This document shows, piece by piece, positions 10,274-20,249 of a DNA stretch of 64,000 nucleotides (within the stretch, counting starts at the first letter, position 1; every line of letters starts with the position of its first letter). The notes under the pieces are model-generated. The model ran no database searches. It saw only the letters and a list, made by a program, of their open reading frames with translations, and had not been told where the DNA came from. Source of the stretch: Sandaracinaceae bacterium (lineage in GTDB: Bacteria > Myxococcota_A > Polyangia > Polyangiales > JAFGIB01). The stretch covers positions 8,699-72,698 of the forward strand of contig JADGRF010000013.1 of the NCBI GenBank assembly GCA_017881055.1, given 5' to 3'. Position numbers and translations under genes: made by a program.

Positions 10274-12976
10274 ATGAGTCTCAACGACGACCGCGATCCA
10301 GAAGAGACCCAAGAGTGGCTGGACGCGCTCGATTCGGTCGTAGACCGAGTCGGGATCGAGCGTGCTCACTTCCTGATCGAAGCGTTGATCGACAAGGCGC
10401 GCCGCGCCGGTGCGAACCTGCCGTACAACGCGACGACCGCATACCTCAACACGATCCATCTGAACGACGAAGCGCGGAACCCGGGCGACCAAGAGCTCGA
10501 GTATCGGATCCGATCCTTCGTCCGTTGGAACGCGTTGGCGATGGTCGTGCGCGCCAACCACGAGTTCCCCGGCATCGGCGGACACATCTCCACGTTCGCG
10601 TCGGCTGCAACGCTCTACGATGTCGGCTGGAACCACTTCTTCAAGGGACCGGACCATCCGGACGGCGCCGACCTCGTCTACTTCCAAGGTCACTCGTCGC
10701 CGGGCGTGTACGCGCGCGCGTTCCTCGAAGGGCGCTTGTCGGAAGCAGACTTGATCCGCTTTCGACGCGAGACCGACGCGCCCGGTCTGTCCTCGTATCC
10801 GCATCCCTGGCTGATGCCGAAGTTCTGGCAGTTCCCCACCGTGTCGATGGGGCTCGGCCCGATGACCGCCATCTACCAGGCGCGCTTCATGCGATACCTG
10901 CAAAACCGCGGGTTGATCCCGGCGAGCAAGGCGCGCGTCTGGGCCTACCTCGGCGACGGTGAAATGGACGAGCCCGAGTCGCTCGGCGCGATCTCGCTCG
11001 CGGCCCGCGAGAAGCTCGACAACCTCACCTTCGTGATCAACTGCAACCTGCAGCGGCTCGACGGCCCAGTCCGTGGCAACGGCAAGATCATCCAGGAGTT
11101 GGAGGGCGTCTTCCGGGGCGCCGGTTGGAAGGTCTTCAAGGTGATCTGGGGCGACGGCTGGGATCACCTGCTCGCCAAGGACAAGAAGGGCCTCTTGCTC
11201 AAGCGCATGGAAGAGGCGGTCGACGGCGACTACCAGAACTACGCCGCGCGCGACGGCGCCTACACGCGCGATCACTTCTTCGGCAAGCACCCCGAGCTGT
11301 TGCGCATGGTCGCCAACCTGACCGACGCCGACATCAAGCGCTTGAACCGCGGCGGCCACGATCCGCAGAAGGTCTACGCCGCCTACCACGCCGCCGTGAA
11401 CACGGTCGGTCAGCCGACCTGCATCCTGGCGAAGACCGTGAAGGGCTACGGCACGGGCGAAGAGGGCGAGGGCAAGAACCCCACGCACCAGATGAAGAAG
11501 ATGGGCGCCGAAGCGCTCAAGGCCTTCCGGGATCGCTACCGCATTCCGATCTCGGACGAGGCCATCGGCGACGCGCCGTTCTACAAGCCGGAGCAGGGCT
11601 CGCGCGAGCTTCAGTACTTGCAGGAGCGTCGCGCGGAGCTCGGAGGCTTTCTGCCGCAGCGGCGCGAGAACACGACCCCGCTGCCGGTGCCGCCGTTGTC
11701 CGCGCTCGATACGCTACTCAAGGGCACAGGCGATCGCGAGATCTCCACGACCATGGCGTACGTGCGGATCCTGACGGCGCTCTTGCGCGACAAGGCGTTC
11801 GCGAAGCACATCGTGCCGATCATTCCGGACGAGGCGCGCACCTTCGGCATGGAAGGCCTGTTCCGGCAGCTGGGCATCTACGCATCGCAGGGCCAGCTGT
11901 ACGAGCCCGTCGATGCGGCCGAGGTCATGTACTACCGCGAGGACAAGCAGGGGCAGATCCTCGAAGAGGGCATCTGCGAAGCGGGCGCCGTCGCCTCCTT
12001 CATCGCCGCCGGCACTTCGTACGCGAGCTACGGCATCCCGATGGTGCCGTTCTATGCGTTCTATTCGATGTTCGGCTTCCAGCGCATCGGCGACTTCATC
12101 TGGGCCGCCGCCGACAGCCGCGCGCGCGGCTTCTTGATCGGCGCGACCTCCGGCCGCACCACGCTCGAGGGCGAAGGCTTGCAACACCTCGACGGTCACA
12201 GCCACGTGCTCGCGAGCACGGTCCCCACCTGCCGGGCGTACGATCCGACGTACGCGTACGAGCTGGCCGTGATCATCCACGACGGCATGCAGCGCATGTA
12301 TGTGCAGCAAGAAGCCGAGTTCTATTACATCACGGTCACCAACGAGCAGTACGCAATGCCTGCGATGCCCGAGAGCAAGGGCGAGATCGAAACCGGCATC
12401 GTGCGCGGCATGTACCAGGTGAAAGCGGGCGGGCCTGTTTCCGGACCCGTGAACCAGCCTGCGGCTGTTCGCGGAGGTGAGCTACGTGTCCAGCTGCTCG
12501 GTGGTGGCACGATCCTGCGCGAGGTGTTGGCCGCCGCAGAGCTGCTCGCTAGCGACTTCGGCGTGCAAGCCGACGTCTGGAGCGTCACCAGCTTCACGGA
12601 GCTACGACGCGACGCGGACGCCGTCGCCAGGCGCAATCAGCTGCATCCCACGGCAGCGCCGGAGACGAGCCACGTGCAACGTTGCTTGAGTGAGACCGCG
12701 GGGCCAATCGTGGCCGCCAGCGACTACGTGAAGCTGCACGCAGACCAAATCCGTCCGTTCCTCACGCGCCGCTACGTGACGCTCGGCACTGACGGCTTCG
12801 GGCGCAGCGACACGCGCGCCGGCCTGCGTAACTTCTTCGAAGTCGACCGGCGCTATGTGGCCTACGCCGCGCTCAAAGCGCTGTGTGACGACGGCCGCCT
12901 GCCCGCTGCCAAGGTCGCAGCGGCGCTCGAGAAATATGGCATCGACCCCGAAAAGGCGCATCCCGCGAGCGTGTAA
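10274..12976 (+). CDS. aceE: Pyruvate dehydrogenase E1, homodimeric type
   Basis: DPEETQEWLDAL, GLSSYPHP, QFPTVSMGLGP, TPP motif GDGEMDEPES...NCN, PDEARTFGMEGLF, LGTDGFGRSD. Confidence 0.97.
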   Translation: MSLNDDRDPEETQEWLDALDSVVDRVGIERAHFLIEALIDKARRAGANLPYNATTAYLNTIHLNDEARNPGDQELEYRIRSFVRWNALAMVVRANHEFPGIGGHISTFASAATLYDVGWNHFFKGPDHPDGADLVYFQGHSSPGVYARAFLEGRLSEADLIRFRRETDAPGLSSYPHPWLMPKFWQFPTVSMGLGPMTAIYQARFMRYLQNRGLIPASKARVWAYLGDGEMDEPESLGAISLAAREKLDNLTFVINCNLQRLDGPVRGNGKIIQELEGVFRGAGWKVFKVIWGDGWDHLLAKDKKGLLLKRMEEAVDGDYQNYAARDGAYTRDHFFGKHPELLRMVANLTDADIKRLNRGGHDPQKVYAAYHAAVNTVGQPTCILAKTVKGYGTGEEGEGKNPTHQMKKMGAEALKAFRDRYRIPISDEAIGDAPFYKPEQGSRELQYLQERRAELGGFLPQRRENTTPLPVPPLSALDTLLKGTGDREISTTMAYVRILTALLRDKAFAKHIVPIIPDEARTFGMEGLFRQLGIYASQGQLYEPVDAAEVMYYREDKQGQILEEGICEAGAVASFIAAGTSYASYGIPMVPFYAFYSMFGFQRIGDFIWAAADSRARGFLIGATSGRTTLEGEGLQHLDGHSHVLASTVPTCRAYDPTYAYELAVIIHDGMQRMYVQQEAEFYYITVTNEQYAMPAMPESKGEIETGIVRGMYQVKAGGPVSGPVNQPAAVRGGELRVQLLGGGTILREVLAAAELLASDFGVQADVWSVTSFTELRRDADAVARRNQLHPTAAPETSHVQRCLSETAGPIVAASDYVKLHADQIRPFLTRRYVTLGTDGFGRSDTRAGLRNFFEVDRRYVAYAALKALCDDGRLPAAKVAAALEKYGIDPEKAHPASV

Positions 12977-12981
12977 TCATC

Positions 12982-14340
12982 ATGGCCGATCAGCCCGTCA
13001 CCGTTCCCAACATCGGCGATGCCCACGACGTCGAAGTGGTCGAAGTGCTGGTACAAGCCGGCACGCGTGTCGAGCGCGATCAGTCGTTGATCGTGCTGGA
13101 GAGCGACAAGGCGTCGATGGAGATCCCCGCGCCGCATGCCGGCGTCGTGCGCGCGCTCAGCGTCAAGGTTGGTGACAAGGTCTCTGAAGGCTCCGTGATC
13201 CTGACGTTGGACGTGCACGACGACCGAGCGCAGCCCACGGCTGCGACGCCGTCAGCTGAAACAGCACCCGCTGCCGCACCGACCGTGGTCGCTCCCGCGT
13301 CCCGGGCTGATGCTGCCCAGGCCCCCGCCCAAGCGCCCGCGCCACGCGCGCCGACGGCGGCCGGCTTCGAGCGTGGCCCCACGCGTACGATTCCCCCTGC
13401 GCCGCCAGTCGTCGCCGAAGCACCGAAGCCCGAGCGCGGCGCGCTGCCCTACGCGAGTCCCGCGATTCGTCTATTCGCGCGCGAGATCGGCGTCGACCTC
13501 GCGCAGGTCAAGGGCTCGGGCGAATCCGGACGCATCACCAAGGACGATGTGCAGCGCTTCGTGAAGCACACGCTCACGGCCGCGCCCAGCGCTGCTACCG
13601 GCGGCGGCTTCGCGTTGCCGGAGGCGCCCGAGATCGACTTCTCGCAGTTCGGCGAGACCGTGATCGAGCCGCTCACCAAGATCCAGCGCGTCTCCGGTCG
13701 CAACCTGCATCGCAGCTGGATCACGATCCCGCACGTCACGCAGTTCGACGAGGCCGACATCACGGAGCTCGAGGAGTTCCGCAAGAAGATGCGCGCGGAC
13801 CAGCCAGACGTGAAGCTGACGCTGCTCGCGTTCTTCATGAAGGGCCTCGTGGTCGCGCTCGAGGCCATGCCGCGCTTCAACTCGTCGCTCGACAAGAGCG
13901 GCGAGAACCTGATCCTGAAACGCTATTTCCACATAGGCGTCGCGGTCGACACGCCGAACGGCCTGATGGTCCCGGTGATCCGCGACGTGGACATCAAGGG
14001 CCTGCGCGATCTCGCCAAAGAGCTCGCCGACGTGAGCGAGCGCGCGCGCGCACGCCGGCTAGGGCCCGGCGACCTGCAGGGCGCGTCGATGACGATCTCC
14101 AGCTTAGGCGGCATTGGCGGCACCGCCTTCACACCGATCATCAATCCGCCGGAGGTCGCCGTGCTCGGCATCTCGCGCGCGGCGATCCGGCCCGTCCATA
14201 GAAACGGCGCCTTCGTGCCCCGGCTGATCTGCCCGCTCTCGCTCTCGTACGATCATCGCGTGGTCGATGGCGCCGACGCCGCCCGCTTCACCAGCCTGCT
14301 CTGCCAGGTCTTCGGCGACATTCGCCAGATGCTGCTCTGA
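12982..14340 (+). CDS. aceF: Dihydrolipoyllysine-residue acetyltransferase E2 (single lipoyl domain)
   Basis: Lipoyl site ESDKASMEIP, E1/E3-binding domain ASPAIR...GRITKDDV, catalytic DHRVVDG. Confidence 0.96.
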   Translation: MADQPVTVPNIGDAHDVEVVEVLVQAGTRVERDQSLIVLESDKASMEIPAPHAGVVRALSVKVGDKVSEGSVILTLDVHDDRAQPTAATPSAETAPAAAPTVVAPASRADAAQAPAQAPAPRAPTAAGFERGPTRTIPPAPPVVAEAPKPERGALPYASPAIRLFAREIGVDLAQVKGSGESGRITKDDVQRFVKHTLTAAPSAATGGGFALPEAPEIDFSQFGETVIEPLTKIQRVSGRNLHRSWITIPHVTQFDEADITELEEFRKKMRADQPDVKLTLLAFFMKGLVVALEAMPRFNSSLDKSGENLILKRYFHIGVAVDTPNGLMVPVIRDVDIKGLRDLAKELADVSERARARRLGPGDLQGASMTISSLGGIGGTAFTPIINPPEVAVLGISRAAIRPVHRNGAFVPRLICPLSLSYDHRVVDGADAARFTSLLCQVFGDIRQMLL

Positions 14341-14391
14341 GCCAGCGCACGTCTTCGTGACTCGCGGGCTCTGGCCGGCCGTCGCCGTCGA

Positions 14392-14420
14392 TTGAGGCTC
14401 GCTTTTCCGTGTGCTCTAAT
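14392..14420 (+). promoter_or_regulatory. Candidate sigma70-type promoter (extended -10)
   Basis: TTGAGG-N17-TCTAAT with a TG one base before the -10, upstream of the ORF at 14487. Confidence 0.45.
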
Positions 14421-14486
14421 GCCCGCGTTGCCGGCGCCACAGGGTCTCGTCCTTCGAGACTCTCGCTTTTGCCAGGAGTGTGTCCC

Positions 14487-15455
14487 ATGTCGTCGAACTC
14501 GAACCCGCGTCATCCGAGTGGTTCACGTATCAGCGCGCTGTCGTTTGCTGCGCTCGTCTGCGCGCTCGCGCTCGCGCTGCCCGCCGCGGCTCAAGAAGCC
14601 GGAAAGCCCGCCAAGGCGCCGGGCGCGGCCGCGCCTGCTGCCCCAGCTGCGCCTACTGCCGGCACCGCGGCACCGCCGGCACCGCCGCCGCCGCCGGCTG
14701 CACCACCCAGCGCGCCCGTAGCCGCTCCCGCCGCCGCTGCGCCCGCACCGGCTGCTACTCCCGTTGCCGAGGCAGCAGCGCCGGCACCGGCCGCTCCCGC
14801 CGCTGGCGCGCTCCCGCCGCCGCCGCCGCCACCCCCGCCTCCGCCCCCACCGCCTCAGTACCGCCCGCTCGGCGGGCCGCCCGAGGGCCCGATCGAAGAG
14901 GGCGCGTGGAACCCGTGGGATCATCCCGCGCCTGGTCGCTACTCGCACGACGGCTTTTTCCTGCGTCTCACGCTCGGCTTCGGCGGCAGCGGTGTGAACG
15001 CCAGCAACGTCAGCTGGAAAGGCGCCGGCATCGGCATGGGCCTCTCGATCGGCGGCTCGATCGTCGAGAACCTCGCGCTGCACGCCGACTTCCAGAACAC
15101 GCTGATCGTGAACCCGTCCGAGAAGATCAAAGGCGGCGGCTCACACAGCTTCGACGGGGACATCTCCATGTCGTCGCTCGGCATCGGCCTGACGTACTAC
15201 TTCATGCCGATCGACCTCTATCTGACGGGCAGCATCGGCATCGGCACCGTCACCTTCGAGAACAACGCCGGGCAGCAGTACAGCAGCACGGCCGGCCCGA
15301 CCCTCAACCTGATGGTCGGCAAGGAATGGTGGGTCGGCTACGACTGGGGCATTGGCGTCGCCGGTCAGCTGTTGTTGATGAGCGTCAAGGACGACATCGA
15401 CGGGCATCTCGGCTCGGGCGCGCTGAACCTGCTGTTCACGGCGACCTACAACTGA
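14487..15455 (+). CDS. Exported protein with Pro/Ala-rich N-terminal region and a C-terminal outer-membrane beta-barrel-like domain
   Basis: ATG after AGGAG; signal peptide ending AAA-Q; poly-Pro; HDGFFLRLTLGFG, GLTYYFMP, VGKEWWV..WGIGVA alternating strands. Confidence 0.75.
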   Translation: MSSNSNPRHPSGSRISALSFAALVCALALALPAAAQEAGKPAKAPGAAAPAAPAAPTAGTAAPPAPPPPPAAPPSAPVAAPAAAAPAPAATPVAEAAAPAPAAPAAGALPPPPPPPPPPPPPPQYRPLGGPPEGPIEEGAWNPWDHPAPGRYSHDGFFLRLTLGFGGSGVNASNVSWKGAGIGMGLSIGGSIVENLALHADFQNTLIVNPSEKIKGGGSHSFDGDISMSSLGIGLTYYFMPIDLYLTGSIGIGTVTFENNAGQQYSSTAGPTLNLMVGKEWWVGYDWGIGVAGQLLLMSVKDDIDGHLGSGALNLLFTATYN

Positions 15456-15469
15456 AATACCGCTGTATT

Positions 15470-15503
15470 CGTAGGGCTTACGTAATCCAACGTAAGCCCT
15501 GCG
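15470..15503. terminator. Stem-loop between convergent genes (terminator or REP-like palindrome)
   Basis: CGTAGGGCTTACGT-aatcca-ACGTAAGCCCTGCG: 14-bp stem with one G-U pair, in a locally AT-rich patch. Confidence 0.55.
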
Positions 15504-15556
15504 CATTTAATACGCGCACACCTGTATGCGGATCCTCCGCGCCTCGATGCGAGCGC

Positions 15557-16585
15557 TCACTTCCGCGCGATGCCGTCGGCGTCGACGTTGAATAGCAGAC
15601 AGCCCTCGGCGGGCGCGGAAGCCGTGGCCGTTGCTTCGTCAGCTGCATCGCTCCAGAACGTCGCGTCGAGCGCACAGGTCTCGTCCGAGGCGTTGACGCC
15701 GTAGCGCAGCTCGCGGTCGGTCGTGTTGCGGAAGTCGCACTGGAAGCGGAAGCCTTCGCCCGGCGCGAGGTGAAGCGCGGCGGTATCCAGCGTGCGCTCG
15801 CTGTCGCGGCGGCCGTCGCTCTGCCAGACCAGCTCGCCGTCGCGCTCGCCGCCGAGGCGCCAGACGCTGAACGAGGTGCCGTAGCGCTGCGTGCGGCGGA
15901 GCAGGTTGCTGACCTGCATGTTCTCGTGCACGGCGCATTCGCCGAGGTGCGAGCTCTCGCCGCCGGGTGGCGTGTAGATCGTGAAGTTGTTGAAGGTCGC
16001 CGTGCGCGCCAGGTGCGCTACCGCGCTCTTGTCGACCGTGTGAAACGAGAGCTTCACGATCGCCGGCACCGCCTCGTTGGTCTCGTTCACGAAGTGGTGC
16101 TCGATGGCGAGCTTCTGGCCGCCGTGGAAGATCTTGCCGACGCCTTCGGGAAAGCGCAGGTCACGGTAGCGGGCTTGCGTCGCCGTCACGTCGGTCAGCT
16201 CTTCGCCGAACGCCTCGCCCGCGCGGGTGCAGGGCACGCTCGCGCCGATGTCCATGATTGCTTCGGTCTCGCTGCCGGGCCGCGCCGCGCTCACGACCAC
16301 GTCCTCGCCGTGCGCGGACAGCGCTGCCTCGATGCGGTTGACGTAGTACGTGTCGCTTGGGCCGCCGGGCAAGGCGACGACCTCGCACGTGCGGACGTCA
16401 TCGCCGGGATCGACCATCGCGCCCTGCGTCGTCACCTGGAAGCCGCGCTCCGGTACGGCCAGCTTCACGCTGCCGACGACCGCGGCGCTCGTGTCTTCCG
16501 CGCGCACCGACTCGCGACCGGTCTGCGTCGCGCAACCGGCAGCGAGCGCGAGTAGGAGCACGAGGAATGTAGACTTCCGGGTCAT
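15557..16585 (-). CDS. Lipoprotein with copper type II ascorbate-dependent monooxygenase (PHM)-like fold, copper ligands degenerate
   Basis: Lipobox LAAGC; VDPGDDVRTC, FPEGVG, L..GEGFRFQCDFRNTT....YG....DE.C pattern typical of PHM-like domains. Confidence 0.65.
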   Translation of the reverse strand: MTRKSTFLVLLLALAAGCATQTGRESVRAEDTSAAVVGSVKLAVPERGFQVTTQGAMVDPGDDVRTCEVVALPGGPSDTYYVNRIEAALSAHGEDVVVSAARPGSETEAIMDIGASVPCTRAGEAFGEELTDVTATQARYRDLRFPEGVGKIFHGGQKLAIEHHFVNETNEAVPAIVKLSFHTVDKSAVAHLARTATFNNFTIYTPPGGESSHLGECAVHENMQVSNLLRRTQRYGTSFSVWRLGGERDGELVWQSDGRRDSERTLDTAALHLAPGEGFRFQCDFRNTTDRELRYGVNASDETCALDATFWSDAADEATATASAPAEGCLLFNVDADGIARK

Positions 16586-16620
16586 AAGGGAGCAGTGGCG
16601 CGCAGGCGTAATGCGAAGGA

Positions 16621-16638
16621 TAGCAAGTCGCAAGCCGG
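16621..16638 (-). promoter_or_regulatory. Possible sigma54 (-24/-12) promoter
   Basis: Minus strand CCGGCTTGCGACTTGCTA (GG-N10-GC, TTGCT) about 35 nt upstream of ATG 16585; the -24 box is imperfect. Confidence 0.3.
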
Positions 16639-16730
16639 GAATGCCAAGCATCCGGTGCACGCCCGGCACGAGGTCGCAGGGGGGTGGGTCGGATTCCGCC
16701 GTCACTGCACGCCAGGGGGCGCTTGGGGCG

Positions 16731-17195
16731 TTAATAGAGTGTCTTGTCGCCCAGCGCGACCCAATGCTCGAGCGGGAGGACCGCGCCCGGCAGGGGCAGG
16801 TGGGTCATCGGCAGGCTGCGGGCCGCGATGGGTAGGGCGATCTCGCGGTACAGGTCGGCATCGTCGAAACCGGCCCGTGCGGCGTCGTCGCGCGTGCTCG
16901 CGAAGCAGATGCGCGACAGGCGCGCCCAGTAGCTGGCTGCCAAGCACAGCGGGCAGGGCTCCGTGCTCGCGTACAGCGTGGCGCCCGTCAGGCGATGGTC
17001 GTCCAGCGTCTGGCACGCGGCGCGAATCGCCATGACCTCGGCGTGCGCGGTCGGATCCCGGTTGGCGGTGACGCGGTTAGCGCCCCGCGCGAGCACCTTG
17101 CCGTCTCGCACGATCAGCGCGCCGAACGGGCCGCCGCCGCTGTCGATGTTCGCGCGCGCTTCGTCGATCGCCAGCTGCAAGAACGTGCTGTCCAT
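16731..17195 (-). CDS. guaD: Guanine deaminase-like nucleoside deaminase (CDA superfamily)
   Basis: GGGPFGA, DPTAHAEV, EPCPLC, GFDDA..Y, C-terminal Tyr. Start ATG 17195 after AAGGAG. Confidence 0.82.
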   Translation of the reverse strand: MDSTFLQLAIDEARANIDSGGGPFGALIVRDGKVLARGANRVTANRDPTAHAEVMAIRAACQTLDDHRLTGATLYASTEPCPLCLAASYWARLSRICFASTRDDAARAGFDDADLYREIALPIAARSLPMTHLPLPGAVLPLEHWVALGDKTLY

Positions 17196-17247
17196 GTCGG
17201 CTCCTTGGGTCACCGCGTGTCAGCTGCATCGAGCAGCGCGAGCAGCG

Positions 17248-20199
17248 TCACGCCAGAAGTGCGAGCAGATCGTCCCGCGTCAAGCCGAACGCAGCCTCGG
17301 CGCCGTGCGTGGCTGCTTGCGCCAGCGCGCGCTTCTTGTCCTGGAGCACGAGCATGCGCTCCTCGACCGTGCCTTCGGTCACGAGGCGATGCACGAGCAC
17401 CGGGCGCTCTTGGCCGATGCGATGCGCGCGGTCGGCCGCTTGGTCCTCGACGGCCGGGTTCCACCACGGATCGAGCAAGAACACGTTGTCGGCCGCGGTG
17501 AGATTCAGGCCCGTGCCGCCCGCCTTCAGTGAAACCAGCATCACGCGTGGCCCCGCGTCGCTCTGGAAGGTCTCGACCACGGCACCGCGGTCGCGCGTGC
17601 TTCCATCGAGGCGAACGAAGCCTACGCCCGCGGCATCGAGCAACGGCTCGACGCGATCGAGCAAGCTAGTCCACTGCGAGAAGACGAGCGCCTTGTGATC
17701 CTCCGCGAGCACCTTGTCGAGCAAGTCCATGAGCAGATCGAGCTTGGACGAGGACGCCGCCTCCTGCCCCGGCAGAAGGCCCGGATGGCAGCAGGCTTGG
17801 CGCAGGCGCAGCAGCGCCTCGAGCGCGGCCAGCACGTTGCCGCCGTCCTTGAGCTGATCGATCACGTTGGCGCGCGTGGCGGCGAGGATCGCGTCGTACA
17901 GCTCGCGCTCCTTTTCGTTGAGCGTGCAGTGAACGACCACGTCGGTGCGCGGCGGCAGCTCGCGTGCGACCTCTTTCTTGAGGCGGCGCAGCATGAACGG
18001 CTTGATGCGAGCGCGCAGGCGCTCGGCGATCTTGCCGTCGCCTTCCGAGATCGGCTTGGCGTAGCGCTCTTGGAAGTCGTTGCGCCCACCAAGCAGGCCG
18101 GGGTTCGTGAAGTGAAACTGACTCCACAGCTCTTCGAGTCGGTTCTCGACGGGCGTACCCGTGAGCGTGAGACGGAAGCGCGCTTGCAAGCCGAACGCGG
18201 CACGCGCCACTTGGCTGTCGGCGTTCTTGATGTTCTGCGCTTCGTCGAGGATCACGCTGTCCCACTCGCGCGCGCGCAGCGTCTCTTCGTCGAGGCGTAG
18301 GATCGCGTACGTGGTGATGGTGATGTCCGCCGTGTCGTCGAGCTGACGATTCGGGCCATGATAGGTGTGCACGCGCAGCGCGGGGCGGAAGCGCTGAATC
18401 TCCGCGACCCAGTTGTGCAGCACGCTGGCCGGTGCGACCACGAGCGCCGGCGCACCCACGACGCACAGCGCCTGGATGGTTTTGCCGAGGCCCATGTCGT
18501 CGGCCAACATCGCGCCGAGATTGGCGTTCGACAGAAACTTGAGCCAGCTGACTCCGTCGCGCTGGTAGTCGCGCAAGCTCGCTGTGAGATCGCTCGGTAG
18601 CTCGGCGACATCGATGCCGGTGAAGTCGCTGGCCAACGCGCGCAGGCGCTCGAAGCGCGGCGGCGGTGGGGCATCCAGCGCTTCGCACAGACGCGCAAGG
18701 TCGGGCAGCGCGCAGCTGGGCAGTGAGCCGTCGTCGGTCTTTGCGGCCAGCAGGTCGGCTAGCAGATGTCCCGCGCGGATCAGCACGTTCTCGGGCAGCT
18801 GGGCGTAGCCGCCCTCGAGCAGCGGCACGAGTGACTCGCCGCGACGCCAGGCGTCGAGCACGGCCTCGGCCGACGCATGGCGCTCGGTGCCGGTGCCTTC
18901 TTCGCCGATCGACTTGAAGCGCAGCTGCATGCGCTCGCCGCCCAGATCGAAGTCCGGCGCTAGCGGTGCGTACACGAAGCAGGCGTCGAGCCCGGTGCCT
19001 TCGACGGCCAATGAACCAATGCGGCGAATCTTCTCGGCCATTTCGACCGCGGACAGGCCCGCGAAGCGACTGGTGCGACCGACCTCGAGGCCGAGGCGCG
19101 CATCCAGCTCGTTGATCAAGCGCTGCTCTTTGGCTTCGTTGCGCAGCGGAAGCGCGCCGCCCAAGTAGTGCAGCTTGCCCGCGTCCACGCGCGCAGCCGG
19201 CGGATCGCCGTACACGAGCAACGGCAGCACCGAGAGCGCGCCGTCGCTGAACTCGGTTTGCATCAGCAAGCGCGGGACCATCGCTGTCGCGCTCGGCAGC
19301 AGCTTGCTCATGACCTCGAGCGGCAAGCGCTCGCGCAGCGCAGGCAGGATGCGCCCGACCAAGTCGGCGACTTGACCGAACGGATACACGCGGCCCTTGC
19401 GCAGCTCGTCGACGTCGCGACCGGAGAGCTCGAGCGCGCCCACTGCGCGCAGCACGCCCGAGTGCAGCACGGCGCCGTTCTCGAACACCTCGGACACCGC
19501 GGGATCCTGCTCCGCGAAGACACGGAAGCCTTCGGGGTGATCTTCGACCAGCACGCGGATCACTGGGCGCGGCTCGCCGACCTTCACCTTGTCGCCATCG
19601 AGCTTCACGTCGGTGCAGTCGCTGAGCGCCGTGAGCACGCGCTGAATCAGCGGGCGCGGAATCTTGCCCGATACGACCGGCCCGAGCGCGATGTCGAGCG
19701 CCATGTCTGCAGAGCTCGCTTGCACGTCGTCGTCGTCGTCACGCTTGCGCCAGGCGGCGAGCCTCACTTCGAGCGGCACGAGCTTGCCGCTCTGCGAGAG
19801 AAAGCGCTCGATGGTGAGTGAGCCTTCTTTGCGTCCGAGGCGGTACGCGAGCTTGACGGCAGGCGCCGTCAGCCGAGTCACGACGGTGCCTGCATGCTCT
19901 GCTTTGTGCACGGCGATCACGGCTGCGGCGACGTGAATGCACGCGGGCTGTTCGCTCGGGCACTCGCACGACCAGTCCAGCTGCGCGGGGGAGAGCACGA
20001 CGCGCGGAGATGTCATGCCGCCCCGCGTGATGATGCGCAGCTCGATCTCGTCGTTGTGCATGCGCTTGCCGTCGACGGTGCCCGTGCGCGTCATGTGCTC
20101 CGCGCGCGACCACAGCTCGCTCGGGCACTGCTCGCGGATGGCATCGAGCAGCGCCTGGGTCGGAGTCGAGGATGTGGGTACGGGAGAAACTGCGGGCAT
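17248..20199 (-). CDS. SWIM zinc-finger + SNF2-family helicase/ATPase
   Basis: SWIM CEC....CIH; LRDYQ, LADDMGLGKT, DEAQ, LTGTPVEN, SLKAGGTGLNL, QAADRAHRIGQ. Alternative start 20253 (ATGA overlap with the upstream gene). Confidence 0.93.
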   Translation of the reverse strand: MPAVSPVPTSSTPTQALLDAIREQCPSELWSRAEHMTRTGTVDGKRMHNDEIELRIITRGGMTSPRVVLSPAQLDWSCECPSEQPACIHVAAAVIAVHKAEHAGTVVTRLTAPAVKLAYRLGRKEGSLTIERFLSQSGKLVPLEVRLAAWRKRDDDDDVQASSADMALDIALGPVVSGKIPRPLIQRVLTALSDCTDVKLDGDKVKVGEPRPVIRVLVEDHPEGFRVFAEQDPAVSEVFENGAVLHSGVLRAVGALELSGRDVDELRKGRVYPFGQVADLVGRILPALRERLPLEVMSKLLPSATAMVPRLLMQTEFSDGALSVLPLLVYGDPPAARVDAGKLHYLGGALPLRNEAKEQRLINELDARLGLEVGRTSRFAGLSAVEMAEKIRRIGSLAVEGTGLDACFVYAPLAPDFDLGGERMQLRFKSIGEEGTGTERHASAEAVLDAWRRGESLVPLLEGGYAQLPENVLIRAGHLLADLLAAKTDDGSLPSCALPDLARLCEALDAPPPPRFERLRALASDFTGIDVAELPSDLTASLRDYQRDGVSWLKFLSNANLGAMLADDMGLGKTIQALCVVGAPALVVAPASVLHNWVAEIQRFRPALRVHTYHGPNRQLDDTADITITTYAILRLDEETLRAREWDSVILDEAQNIKNADSQVARAAFGLQARFRLTLTGTPVENRLEELWSQFHFTNPGLLGGRNDFQERYAKPISEGDGKIAERLRARIKPFMLRRLKKEVARELPPRTDVVVHCTLNEKERELYDAILAATRANVIDQLKDGGNVLAALEALLRLRQACCHPGLLPGQEAASSSKLDLLMDLLDKVLAEDHKALVFSQWTSLLDRVEPLLDAAGVGFVRLDGSTRDRGAVVETFQSDAGPRVMLVSLKAGGTGLNLTAADNVFLLDPWWNPAVEDQAADRAHRIGQERPVLVHRLVTEGTVEERMLVLQDKKRALAQAATHGAEAAFGLTRDDLLALLA

Positions 20200-20249
20200 G
20201 TGGGCCGCGAAGTCTAGCACGCGCAGCGCTTTGGTGCGTGCGTCGCGAA

